64,000 bases of DNA from positions 28,098 through 92,097 of the forward strand of contig BTXY01000003.1 of assembly GCA_036987155.1 (NCBI GenBank), given 5' to 3'. Position numbers and translations under genes: made by a program. This document shows, in pieces, positions 1 through 8,381 of this stretch. How positions within the stretch are numbered: the first letter of the stretch is position 1; the number at the start of each line of letters is the position of its first letter. Source of the stretch: Candidatus Microsyncoccus archaeolyticus. GTDB taxonomy: Bacteria; Patescibacteriota; Minisyncoccia; Minisyncoccales; Minisyncoccaceae. The notes under the pieces were generated by a model that had not been told where the DNA came from, did not search any database, and saw nothing but the letters and a program-made list of their open reading frames with translations.

Positions 1-2
1 AT

Positions 3-2252
3 ACGTTTTCATTATTAAATGCAGACAATGTAAGCGGACTATGGGGCACTCCAAAACAAGAGAACAGCGAAAAGAAGGAAGAAGAATCTCAGGAAAATAA
101 TAATGAAGAAAATCAAGAAGAAAGCTTAGCTATTCCTTCATCTATATTAATTACTGAAATAAGCCTGGGGAAAGAAGACAATAATGAATATGTGGAAATA
201 TTTAATCAAACGGAAAACGAGGTTAATTTATGTTTAGATAAAAATAATTGTTATTATCTTTCTTATTTCGCTAATACTTTTAATGAAGAAGAAATAGCAA
301 ATCATTCTTGGGACGATCCAAGTTATAATTGGAAATTTCCAGACAACTTAACAATTGCTCCTAATTCATATATTTTAATTGATGTATTTGGTAATAGCGG
401 AGGTGATTTTAAGGTTGGAGAATATTCTTCTCAAAAATTAAGCAATTCTTCAGGGTCTTTATCTTTATTTTCAAATAATCCTATTTATGCTGGAGAAGAA
501 GAAAAGACTAAAGAAGAAAAAATTATTTATGCCAGACAATTAAAAATTGATGCAATTGCTTGGAATAAAGATGACAAGGAACCAGAAGTGAAAGAGGGAA
601 GCGCTTTCATTATTAATCAAGGAAATATTTTAGGAAGAAAATATTATTTAGGAAAATATATTGATAGTAATAACAATCTTAATGATTTTGAAGAGCAAAA
701 ACAAAGCATAAAAACTAGCCCTTCTTATCCACCGGAAGCTATTAATGATTTGTCTATTATTGCAGGAGATAAAAAGAATTCAGTTATTTTATCTTGGACA
801 TCACCGTTTGATAAAGATACCGAGAAAGAAGAATTAGATTATGAAATATATTATTCATTAAATAAAGAAATAGACATAAATAATTTAGTCAATATTAGCG
901 ATTATACAGAAATAAAAATTATAAGAAATGAAAATAATATCTCTGCTTCGATAAATGATCTATATTATGACTCTAGCTATTATTTTTCAGTTAAAGCAAA
1001 AGATAAAGAATTAAATTACTCTGAAATTTCAAATATTGTTAATTATTCTATTTCCAAAGCTGAACACATTAAAGCTTATCGTTATGTTGATCCAGGAAAA
1101 AGAAACAAAAGTTTTTTAGCAGGACCTACAAATGAAAGCTTTATTGAAAAGTCAGTATTTATAAAAGGCAAAGATCATACTGAAATGAATGATGAGCTTT
1201 CTCTTCCGCTTATTGATGAAAATGAAAACCTATATATATCTGGTAAGCTTGATGGTAATTCAGGTATATATGCTTTTGACAAAGAAGGAAACGAAAAATG
1301 GCATTATCTTTGTCAAACAGGAGAAAACTTTTTATTGGGTCAAGACGGAACCATTTACTTGTTTTGTGGAGAGAAATTAACAGGATTAAGTCCTTCGGGA
1401 AAATTAAAATGGCAAGAAGACATATATAATTTTACTGGTGAACTAACAATGGGTTATAATGGTAATATCTATATTATTTCTTATCCAGATAGTTCTTATT
1501 TAAATATTGTTGAAGATAGTGAAAACGCGGCAATATTAAAAAGAATTGATTTGGGAAGGAAGTATGATTTTTTTTCAAATATCGTAATAGATTCCGATAA
1601 TAATTTATATTTTTTTGCTGAGAGCACACTTTTTAAGTTCAATGGTTTGTCTAAAATTGGGGAGAGATCAATAGATCCTGTTTATGACGAAAACTATGAA
1701 GGAGAGAAAGATAAAATAGTAAGAATAAATGAATTAGGATTGTCTCAAAATGGAACTCTCTTGTTTAATATTTATAACGCTAAGTGGGATAGTAGTGGTA
1801 GAGGGCATTCTGTACTCTGTGGATTAAGTAAGGAAAATATTTCTTCAGATTTTTTATGGACCAAAGAAGACATGAGCTATAGTGTCATTGGAATAAATAC
1901 TGATGAATTTTATGTTCAAGCTGATCTATCAGGAGATTATGGTTGGTACCATCTTTATTTATATGGAATTAATATTTTAACTGGAGAGGTTAATTGGGGT
2001 AAGCATTGGTCTTCTAATGGTTCTCCTGTTTCTAAGGCGTCTTTTATTTTGTCAGATGTTAATAATAATATATATTTTATTCGTGGGGGAGAGATAGTGG
2101 GCTTTAATATAAAAGAAATAACAGATAATAACCCCTTGAATGATAAAATATTGTTAGTCTCGGGAATAGGTTATTCATCTAATTCAATTTCTTTAGGAAA
2201 GGATGCGACATATTTTACCGACGGAAGAACAATAAAAAAGATAAGCTTTTAA
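3..2252 (+). CDS. Secreted/surface protein, 5'-truncated by window edge: lamin-tail-like domain + FN3-like domain + PQQ-like beta-propeller repeats
   Basis: The frame of ORF 192..2252 stays open back to nt 3, so GTG at 192 is not the true start. ILITEISLGKEDNNEYVEIFN resembles a lamin-tail-domain core. SVILSWTSP...YYFSVKAKD is FN3-like. Repeated G.IY / NLYFF blade-like motifs occur in the C-terminal half. Confidence 0.6.
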   Translation, partial: TFSLLNADNVSGLWGTPKQENSEKKEEESQENNNEENQEESLAIPSSILITEISLGKEDNNEYVEIFNQTENEVNLCLDKNNCYYLSYFANTFNEEEIANHSWDDPSYNWKFPDNLTIAPNSYILIDVFGNSGGDFKVGEYSSQKLSNSSGSLSLFSNNPIYAGEEEKTKEEKIIYARQLKIDAIAWNKDDKEPEVKEGSAFIINQGNILGRKYYLGKYIDSNNNLNDFEEQKQSIKTSPSYPPEAINDLSIIAGDKKNSVILSWTSPFDKDTEKEELDYEIYYSLNKEIDINNLVNISDYTEIKIIRNENNISASINDLYYDSSYYFSVKAKDKELNYSEISNIVNYSISKAEHIKAYRYVDPGKRNKSFLAGPTNESFIEKSVFIKGKDHTEMNDELSLPLIDENENLYISGKLDGNSGIYAFDKEGNEKWHYLCQTGENFLLGQDGTIYLFCGEKLTGLSPSGKLKWQEDIYNFTGELTMGYNGNIYIISYPDSSYLNIVEDSENAAILKRIDLGRKYDFFSNIVIDSDNNLYFFAESTLFKFNGLSKIGERSIDPVYDENYEGEKDKIVRINELGLSQNGTLLFNIYNAKWDSSGRGHSVLCGLSKENISSDFLWTKEDMSYSVIGINTDEFYVQADLSGDYGWYHLYLYGINILTGEVNWGKHWSSNGSPVSKASFILSDVNNNIYFIRGGEIVGFNIKEITDNNPLNDKILLVSGIGYSSNSISLGKDATYFTDGRTIKKISF

Positions 2253-2319
2253 GCCTAATAAAATTTATTTTTTAAATAACGGGTGGTTTTTGTTATTGTT
2301 AAAAAATTTTACATAGACA

Positions 2320-2348
2320 TTGACAAAATCTTTTACATAATATATAAT
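2320..2348 (+). promoter_or_regulatory. sigma70-like promoter TTGACA-17nt-TATAAT; ATG 10 nt after the -10
   Basis: TTGACA 2320-2325, 17-nt spacer, TATAAT 2343-2348. Start codon of the antitoxin gene is at 2359. Confidence 0.65.
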
Positions 2349-2358
2349 GGTTTAAAAT

Positions 2359-3141
2359 ATGCTTTCAAACTTTATTAAACAATTAAGAGAAAAGAACAAT
2401 TTTAGTCAAGAATATATGGCTTCTAAAATTGGGATATCTAGACCAACATATGCTCAGATAGAATTGGGAAAAAGAGATCTAACCGTTATTGAGGCAAAAA
2501 TAATATCAGATATTTTTGGAATGTCTTTAAATGATTTTTTGCAAGAAAAAAAGTTGTTGGTTGATTTTCAGATTAAAAAATCAAAGAATAAAAATAAAAA
2601 GAAAAAAGAAGACATCAGAATAAGCATTCCTCAAGAAAAGATTGACAAATTCAAACAAGTGTTACTATATATTTTGGAAAAAGCAGGAGGAAAGCCAAAT
2701 GTTGGAATGACGGTTTTGTATAAACTCCTTTATTTTATTGATTTTGATTATTATGAAAAAAATGAGGAACAATTGATGGGACTTGTCTATATAAAAAATC
2801 ATTATGGACCAACGCCAATTTTATTTGATAGGGTAATTAAAGAAATGAATAAAAAAGGAGAGATAGAGGTTTTAAAAAGTAAATTTTATCAACACCCCCA
2901 AACTAAATATTTATTAAATCCTTCTATAATACCAGATTTGAAAATCTTGAATGGTAAAGAAAAAGAACACATTGACTGGGAATTGCAAAGACTATCTAAT
3001 CTAACAGCCACGGCTCTCTCTGATTTATCTCATAAAGATGTTCCATGGATTAGTGCTCAAGAAGGAAGACCAATAGATTATGAGTCGGTTTTTTATAGAA
3101 CCAATGATACATCTGTACGAAATTATGGAGAAGAAGATTGA
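2359..3141 (+). CDS. Antitoxin-like protein: N-terminal XRE-family HTH fused to Panacea/DUF4065 (SocA/GepA-like) domain
   Basis: The N-terminus QLREKNNFSQEYMASKIGISRPTYAQIELGKRDL is an HTH_3 pattern. The C-terminal half LLYILEKAGGKPNVGMTVLYKLLYFIDFDYY...HYGPTP is DUF4065-like. Confidence 0.7.
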   Translation: MLSNFIKQLREKNNFSQEYMASKIGISRPTYAQIELGKRDLTVIEAKIISDIFGMSLNDFLQEKKLLVDFQIKKSKNKNKKKKEDIRISIPQEKIDKFKQVLLYILEKAGGKPNVGMTVLYKLLYFIDFDYYEKNEEQLMGLVYIKNHYGPTPILFDRVIKEMNKKGEIEVLKSKFYQHPQTKYLLNPSIIPDLKILNGKEKEHIDWELQRLSNLTATALSDLSHKDVPWISAQEGRPIDYESVFYRTNDTSVRNYGEED

Positions 3142-3508
3142 ATATGTAGAAACAGCCCTTTTTAAAAAGGACATCAAAAAACTTCTCAAAAGATTTAGAA
3201 CCCTGGAAGAAGATTTAATAGTTGCAAAAAGAGACGCTATCGAGCTTTTTCATGTTAAAAATATTGATAACAGAAGTATTTTTCCTATTATTGGTTTTTG
3301 CAAAGAAGAAATAAAAGTTTATAAAATTAAAAAATTTGCTTGTAAGTCTATAAAGAATAGAGGAGCAATGAGCGGAATAAGAGTTATTTATGCTTTAAGA
3401 GAAAAAGATTTTATTGTTGATTTTATAGAAATTTATTTTAAAGGAGATAAAGAAAACGAAGATAAAGAAAGAATAAAATTATATTTAAAGAGCACAGAAA
3501 AAGAATAA
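3125..3508 (+). CDS. RelE/ParE-superfamily-like toxin (putative), overlapping the antitoxin stop by 17 nt
   Basis: ORF trimmed to in-frame ATG 3125 (MEKKIEYVET...). Small basic protein with F.KDIKKL.KR, GIRVIY and FIEIYFKGDKEN motifs typical of RelE/HigB-type toxins. It lies directly downstream of the antitoxin. Confidence 0.5.
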   Translation: MEKKIEYVETALFKKDIKKLLKRFRTLEEDLIVAKRDAIELFHVKNIDNRSIFPIIGFCKEEIKVYKIKKFACKSIKNRGAMSGIRVIYALREKDFIVDFIEIYFKGDKENEDKERIKLYLKSTEKE

Positions 3509-3529
3509 GGCATTTTTATTAAAAATAAT

Positions 3530-3558
3530 TTGACTAAATTAATTTTTTGGTTTATATT
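3530..3558 (+). promoter_or_regulatory. sigma70-like promoter TTGACT-17nt-TATATT; secD ATG 8 nt after the -10
   Basis: TTGACT 3530-3535, TATATT 3553-3558, ATG 3567. Confidence 0.55.
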
Positions 3559-3566
3559 TCAACAAT

Positions 3567-5027
3567 ATGACAAAAAAGCAGATAAACGTATCGTTTATAT
3601 TGATACTCCTTTTGGGAGTTGTTTCTGCTTGTTATTGTTTTCCTCAATATCCTAATATTTTAATTAATAATGCAAACAAAGCATATAGTTGGTCTATACC
3701 CCAAATACCAGACAACGGCTTTAAATTAGGACTAGATCTTAAGGGTGGGGTTCATTTAGAATATGAAGCTGATTTGACAGATATTCCAGAAGAAGAAAAA
3801 GAATCAGTAATGCAAGGATTAAGGGATTTGCTTGAAAGAAGAGTTAATACTTTTGGAGTTACTGAGTCGATTGTTCAAGTTTATGGTCAAGATAGAGTAG
3901 CTGTCGAGTTGCCAGGAGTAGAAAGCATTGAAAGTGCAATAGAATGGATTGGACAAACCCCATTATTGGAGTTTTGGGAAGAGTTGCCAGAAGAAGAAAT
4001 ACAAAAAATGAATGAGGTAAAACAAAAAGTATCTGAAGTTTACACTAACAATAAAGACAAAACCCAAGAAGAGATTCTTGCAGAAATACAGAAAATAGAT
4101 AATTGGATTTTGGCTTTTCAAAGTCCATATCAAAAAACAGAACTAACTGGTAGGTACTTAAAAAAAGCCACACTTGGCTATGATCAAATCACGTATGCTC
4201 CAATAGTTGAATTGCAATTCAATGACGAAGGGGCAAAAATATTTGAACAAGTAACAGAAAGAAATATTGGAAAAACTTTAGCCATATATTTAGATGGGGC
4301 ATCAATTATTGATACAAATGGTGATGGAAAAATTGATGGTAATGATTTATACGCTCCAAGAGTTAACGACAAAATAAGTGGGGGACAAGCAATGATTTCT
4401 GGGAATATGGATGTTAAGGAGGCAAAAACTTTAGTTCAAAGACTAAACCAAGGAGCTCTACCCGTTCCATTAGGGGAGCCAATAGCTCAGAAAAAAATAG
4501 GACCAACTTTAGGAGCAGTTTCTTTAACAAATGCAGTTAGAGCAGGAATGATAGGAGCAATAATGATAGTTGTTTTCTTGATTCTTTTTTATCGTTTGCC
4601 AGGTCTTTTAGCTGCAGTAGCATTATCTTTATATATTGTAATCTTACTTTCTTTAATGAAATTAGTACCAGTTACCTTAACTTTAGCTGGAATAGGCGGA
4701 TTTATTTTATCTATTGGTATGGCAGTTGATGCTAATATTTTAATATTTTCTAGAATGAGAGAAGAACTAAAACAAGGGAAAAGTGTTTTAACAAGTATTG
4801 AAGAAGGACTGAAAAGAGCTTGGCCATCTATTAGAGATGGAAACTTTACAACCCTTATTGTTGCTTTTGTTCTTTATTTTCTAGGAACAAGTTTTATTAA
4901 GGCATTTGCTTTTGCATTAATTTTAGGTATTTTTGTTAGCATGTTTTCAGCAGTTGTTGTTACAAATATTCTTCTTCAAATTTTTGCAAGAGGAAGATTA
5001 GAAAAGATAAGATTTATTTGGTCATAA
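3567..5027 (+). CDS. secD: Protein translocase subunit SecD
   Basis: LGLDLKGG, a periplasmic domain, and a C-terminal 6-TM block with GIGGFILSIGMAVDANILIFSRMREE. Confidence 0.9.
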   Translation: MTKKQINVSFILILLLGVVSACYCFPQYPNILINNANKAYSWSIPQIPDNGFKLGLDLKGGVHLEYEADLTDIPEEEKESVMQGLRDLLERRVNTFGVTESIVQVYGQDRVAVELPGVESIESAIEWIGQTPLLEFWEELPEEEIQKMNEVKQKVSEVYTNNKDKTQEEILAEIQKIDNWILAFQSPYQKTELTGRYLKKATLGYDQITYAPIVELQFNDEGAKIFEQVTERNIGKTLAIYLDGASIIDTNGDGKIDGNDLYAPRVNDKISGGQAMISGNMDVKEAKTLVQRLNQGALPVPLGEPIAQKKIGPTLGAVSLTNAVRAGMIGAIMIVVFLILFYRLPGLLAAVALSLYIVILLSLMKLVPVTLTLAGIGGFILSIGMAVDANILIFSRMREELKQGKSVLTSIEEGLKRAWPSIRDGNFTTLIVAFVLYFLGTSFIKAFAFALILGIFVSMFSAVVVTNILLQIFARGRLEKIRFIWS

Positions 5028-5029
5028 AT

Positions 5030-5938
5030 ATGGACTTCTTAAAACATTCAAAAATATATTTTTCAATAGGAATAATATTGATAATAGCAAGCTTATTTAG
5101 TTTATTTTATTACGGCTTGAATCTAGGAATTGATTTTGAGGGTGGAAGCTCTCTAAGCATAGAGTACAAAAACGAAAGGCCAGACACAGATAAAATTAAA
5201 GAAGCTTTAAATCAAGTAAAAGATATTAATAATTTTGAAGTTCAACCAACTGGTAATTTAGGAATTATTATTAAAATTTCTCAAAAAGATATTTCAAATG
5301 AGGTTTATGAAAACATAATTACCGAACTTCAAAAAACAGGGGAATTTGATGAATCATCAGCTGGAATAGAAACAATAAGTCCTCTTATAGGAAAAGAATT
5401 AAAACAAAAAACAATAGTTGTGGTTGTTGTTGCTCTTTTAGCAATGCTCTTGTATATTGCTTTTGCTTTTAGAAACGTCTCAAAACCAGTAACTTCTTTT
5501 CAATATGGATTTTCTTCTACTTTAATGCTTTTTCATGACATCATTATTCCTTTAGGGGTTTTAGCTTATTTGGGTCATGTGTCAGGAGCCCAATTAACAA
5601 TTCCTGTTATAACCGCTCTTTTAACTGTTGTTGGTTATTGTATTAACAATACAGTAGTTGTTTTTGATAGAATTAGGGAAAACTTAATTAAAAATAGGGG
5701 AAAGAGTTACGAAGAAATCGTAAACAAAAGTTTAAACGAAACATTGACTCGTTGTATTAATACTTCTTTAACCGTGTTATTTGCTTTGGGTTCTTTGTAT
5801 TACTTTTTTGCTAACGAGGAATCATTAAAATACTTTACTTTAACTGCTGGAATAGGTGTTTTTGTGGGCATCTTTTCCTCGGTGTTTTTAGCAAGCCCAC
5901 TGCTAGTTTATTGGCTTAAATATACAAAAAGGAAATAA
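5030..5938 (+). CDS. secF: Protein translocase subunit SecF
   Basis: GIDFEGGS motif and a VVFDRIREN TM block. Trimmed from the TTG at 5018 to ATG 5030, just after the secD stop. Confidence 0.9.
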   Translation: MDFLKHSKIYFSIGIILIIASLFSLFYYGLNLGIDFEGGSSLSIEYKNERPDTDKIKEALNQVKDINNFEVQPTGNLGIIIKISQKDISNEVYENIITELQKTGEFDESSAGIETISPLIGKELKQKTIVVVVVALLAMLLYIAFAFRNVSKPVTSFQYGFSSTLMLFHDIIIPLGVLAYLGHVSGAQLTIPVITALLTVVGYCINNTVVVFDRIRENLIKNRGKSYEEIVNKSLNETLTRCINTSLTVLFALGSLYYFFANEESLKYFTLTAGIGVFVGIFSSVFLASPLLVYWLKYTKRK

Positions 5939-5939
5939 T

Positions 5940-5968
5940 TTGACAAAAATCAAATAAAATGTTATAAA
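5940..5968 (+). promoter_or_regulatory. sigma70-like promoter TTGACA-17nt-TATAAA; ATG 9 nt after the -10
   Basis: TTGACA 5940-5945, TATAAA 5963-5968, ATG 5978. Confidence 0.55.
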
Positions 5969-5977
5969 TATCTAAAT

Positions 5978-7030
5978 ATGGAAACAGATTATAGAGATTT
6001 TATACAAAAAATATTAAAGGAAGTACCTGAAAGGACAAGGAAAGTATTGGTCCGCAGGTTTGGTTTAGAGAAAAAGGAAAAAGGAGAAACTCTTGAGGCT
6101 ATAGGTAAGAGCTATAATATAACCAGAGAAAGAGTTAGGCAAATAGAAAGAGATGGTATTAAGAGGGTTAAGAAGTTAATGGTTTCTCCAGCGTTTAAAA
6201 AAGATTTTGAGAAAATTAAAACTTTTTGTGAAAAAAAATTAAAACAATGTGGAGGAGTTAAAAAAGAAGAAAACTTACTTGCAGAGTTAGATTTATTCCC
6301 AACAAAAAATCAAACTTTTTTTATTTTAAATTTAATAGACAGTTTTAAAAGGGAGAAGTCAGATGATTATTTTCATGCTTTTTGGTATAGCGATTCTAAC
6401 CAAGCATCGAATGCTAAAAAAATTGCTACTGAATTTGTAGATAGTTTTAAAAATAAAAAGGAACCAGAAAATATAGAAAATGTTATAAAGGAATTTTCAA
6501 AGAAAGAAAATTTAAGCAAAGAAACCCTTCTTTCTTATTTAGAAATTTCAAAACAAATTTCTAGATCTATTGATGGCCAGAAAATAGGACTTGTTACTTT
6601 TTCTGAAATTAATCCCAAGACAGTTAAAGATAAGATAATATTAGTTTTAAATCAAAAGAAAAAGCCTCTTCACTTTAGAGAGATAACTGATTTGATTTTT
6701 TCGTTAAATAAAGATTTAGAGAAAAGAGACAGTCGCATTTTTAATCTTCATCCTCAAACAGTTCACAATGAATTAATTAGAAGTAATAATTTTGTTTTGG
6801 TGGGCAGAGGATTATATGCACTTAAAGATTGGGGATATAATCCAGGAAGAGTAAAGGATGTTATTGTTGGCGTTTTGAAAAGTGCTAATGAGCCCCTATC
6901 TAAAGAAGAAATTATAGAAGAAGTTTTAAAACAAAGAATGGTAAAAGAATCAACTGTCTTTTTAGGCCTTCAAGACAAGAAGATTTTTGATAAAGATCAA
7001 GAAGGAAAATACAAAGTACGAGAAGCTTAA
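5978..7030 (+). CDS. DNA-binding protein with sigma-70 region-4-like HTH (N-terminus) and HARE-HTH-like domain (C-terminus)
   Basis: ETLEAIGKSYNITRERVRQIERDGIKRVKK matches sigma region 4.2. The C-terminus KKPLHFREITDLI...VLVGRGLYALKDWGY resembles the HARE-HTH / RpoE-delta N-domain. Confidence 0.55.
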   Translation: METDYRDFIQKILKEVPERTRKVLVRRFGLEKKEKGETLEAIGKSYNITRERVRQIERDGIKRVKKLMVSPAFKKDFEKIKTFCEKKLKQCGGVKKEENLLAELDLFPTKNQTFFILNLIDSFKREKSDDYFHAFWYSDSNQASNAKKIATEFVDSFKNKKEPENIENVIKEFSKKENLSKETLLSYLEISKQISRSIDGQKIGLVTFSEINPKTVKDKIILVLNQKKKPLHFREITDLIFSLNKDLEKRDSRIFNLHPQTVHNELIRSNNFVLVGRGLYALKDWGYNPGRVKDVIVGVLKSANEPLSKEEIIEEVLKQRMVKESTVFLGLQDKKIFDKDQEGKYKVREA

Positions 7031-7040
7031 AAACATTTTA

Positions 7041-8375
7041 ATGTCTGATCAAGTTTTCATTAAAACATTTCAAGTTTTAGACTTATTTGGAGACGGATTG
7101 TCCCTTTGTTTTAATCTCTTTTTACAATTTGGCTGGTTTGTCCTGCCTTTTCTTTTATACAAACCATTAAGGTTTGCTTTCGTACTTTTTATAGAAACTA
7201 AATGGAATTTAAGTTTTAAAAGAATTGTTCTTGAAATAAAAATTCCTCAACATGTTACTAAGCCATTAAAAGCAATGGAGAATATTTTTAATAATATTTG
7301 GCCAATATATGATCCTCCTAGTGACTGGAAAGCAACATTTTTTGAAGGAAAAACCCTAATTAACGCTTCTTTTGAAGTAGCTGGAATTGATGGGGAGCCA
7401 CATTTTTTCATTAGAATTCCTGAGGGAAACAGAAAAATGATTGAATCAGCTATTTATTCTCAATATCCTGATGTAGAAATATTCGAGGTTCCTGATTATA
7501 CCAAAAACGTTCCAGAAGATATTCCCAATAAAGAATGGGATATGTGGGGTTGTGATTTTATGCCATTAAAAGAAGATGTTTATCCTTTGAAAACCTATAA
7601 AGATTTTTTTGAGGAAAACCCAGAAGCAAAGGACGAAAAAAGATTAGATCCTTTAGCTTCTTTGCTTGAGGTGATATCAACCCTTAAAAAGGGAGAACAA
7701 ATATGGATTCAAATGACAATAGTTCCTATTAGTGTTGCAGAAAATGATTATGTTAAAAGGGGAAAAGACATAATCGATGTTTTGTTAAAAAGAAAACAGA
7801 TTAAAAAAGAGTCAGATCCTGAACCAATAGTTTTTAGAGCAATATATACTTTTTTCCACTGGTTGATTACTGGTAGAAATCCAGAAAAACAAGAAGAAGA
7901 AAAAAAAGAAGAGTATCCTTATGAAATGCGTTTAACGCCCGGAGAAAAAGATGTTATTGCTGCTATTGAAAGGAAAACTTCTAAGACTTGTTATGTTTCT
8001 CGTTTAAGATATATTTATTTAGCAAAAAGAAATGTTTTCTTCGGAGGGGCAAAAGGATTTGGTCCTAGTTTTTTTTCTCAGTTTAACACTCAGAACTTAA
8101 ATGGTTTAAAGCCTTGGAAACCAACAATAACTAAAGTTCAGGCTCCAGACATTTTTACGAAAAGAAGACTTTATCTTAAAAAAAGAAATTTATTTAAAAA
8201 TTATGTTAACAGAAGCTCTGCTTTCGATCCTTTTCCTGGAGGAACCTTTATTTTATGTTCAGAAGAATTGGCAACAATTTTTCACTTCCCAGGAATTGAG
8301 GTTGCTCCAACACAAGCATTAAAGAGGATTGAAACAAAGAGAGGAGCGCCACCAATGAGTTTACCAATTGAATAA
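7041..8375 (+). CDS. Membrane protein of unknown function (two N-terminal TM helices + ~400-aa soluble domain), partner of the downstream ATPase
   Basis: Trimmed to ATG 7041, after the upstream stop at 7030. Hydrophobic LSLCFNLFLQFGWFVLPFLLY...FAFVLFI. Only a 6-nt gap to the next gene. Confidence 0.55.
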   Translation: MSDQVFIKTFQVLDLFGDGLSLCFNLFLQFGWFVLPFLLYKPLRFAFVLFIETKWNLSFKRIVLEIKIPQHVTKPLKAMENIFNNIWPIYDPPSDWKATFFEGKTLINASFEVAGIDGEPHFFIRIPEGNRKMIESAIYSQYPDVEIFEVPDYTKNVPEDIPNKEWDMWGCDFMPLKEDVYPLKTYKDFFEENPEAKDEKRLDPLASLLEVISTLKKGEQIWIQMTIVPISVAENDYVKRGKDIIDVLLKRKQIKKESDPEPIVFRAIYTFFHWLITGRNPEKQEEEKKEEYPYEMRLTPGEKDVIAAIERKTSKTCYVSRLRYIYLAKRNVFFGGAKGFGPSFFSQFNTQNLNGLKPWKPTITKVQAPDIFTKRRLYLKKRNLFKNYVNRSSAFDPFPGGTFILCSEELATIFHFPGIEVAPTQALKRIETKRGAPPMSLPIE

Positions 8376-8381
8376 TAATTT

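Noticed and set aside
1189-1380. Short nested or antisense track ORFs: 1189..1380, 4184..4372, 8282..8464, 8835..9038, 11535..11771, 12536..12754, 14071..14442, 17560..17856, 18144..18374, 18695..18895, 19097..19291, 20826..21164, 22644..22961, 25415..25606, 27103..27480, 27523..27750, 28513..28707, 29580..29804, 34612..34830, 35652..35852, 43532..43783, 45268..45603, 45798..45995, 46119..46457, 46721..46930, 47991..48242, 51144..51368, 51568..51765, 53662..53856, 54487..54681, 55851..56141, 56451..56654, 56994..57194, 60375..60572
   Set aside because: All are embedded in, or antisense to, longer ORFs with clear homology-type motifs. They have no independent signals, and their composition is typical of off-frame translation.
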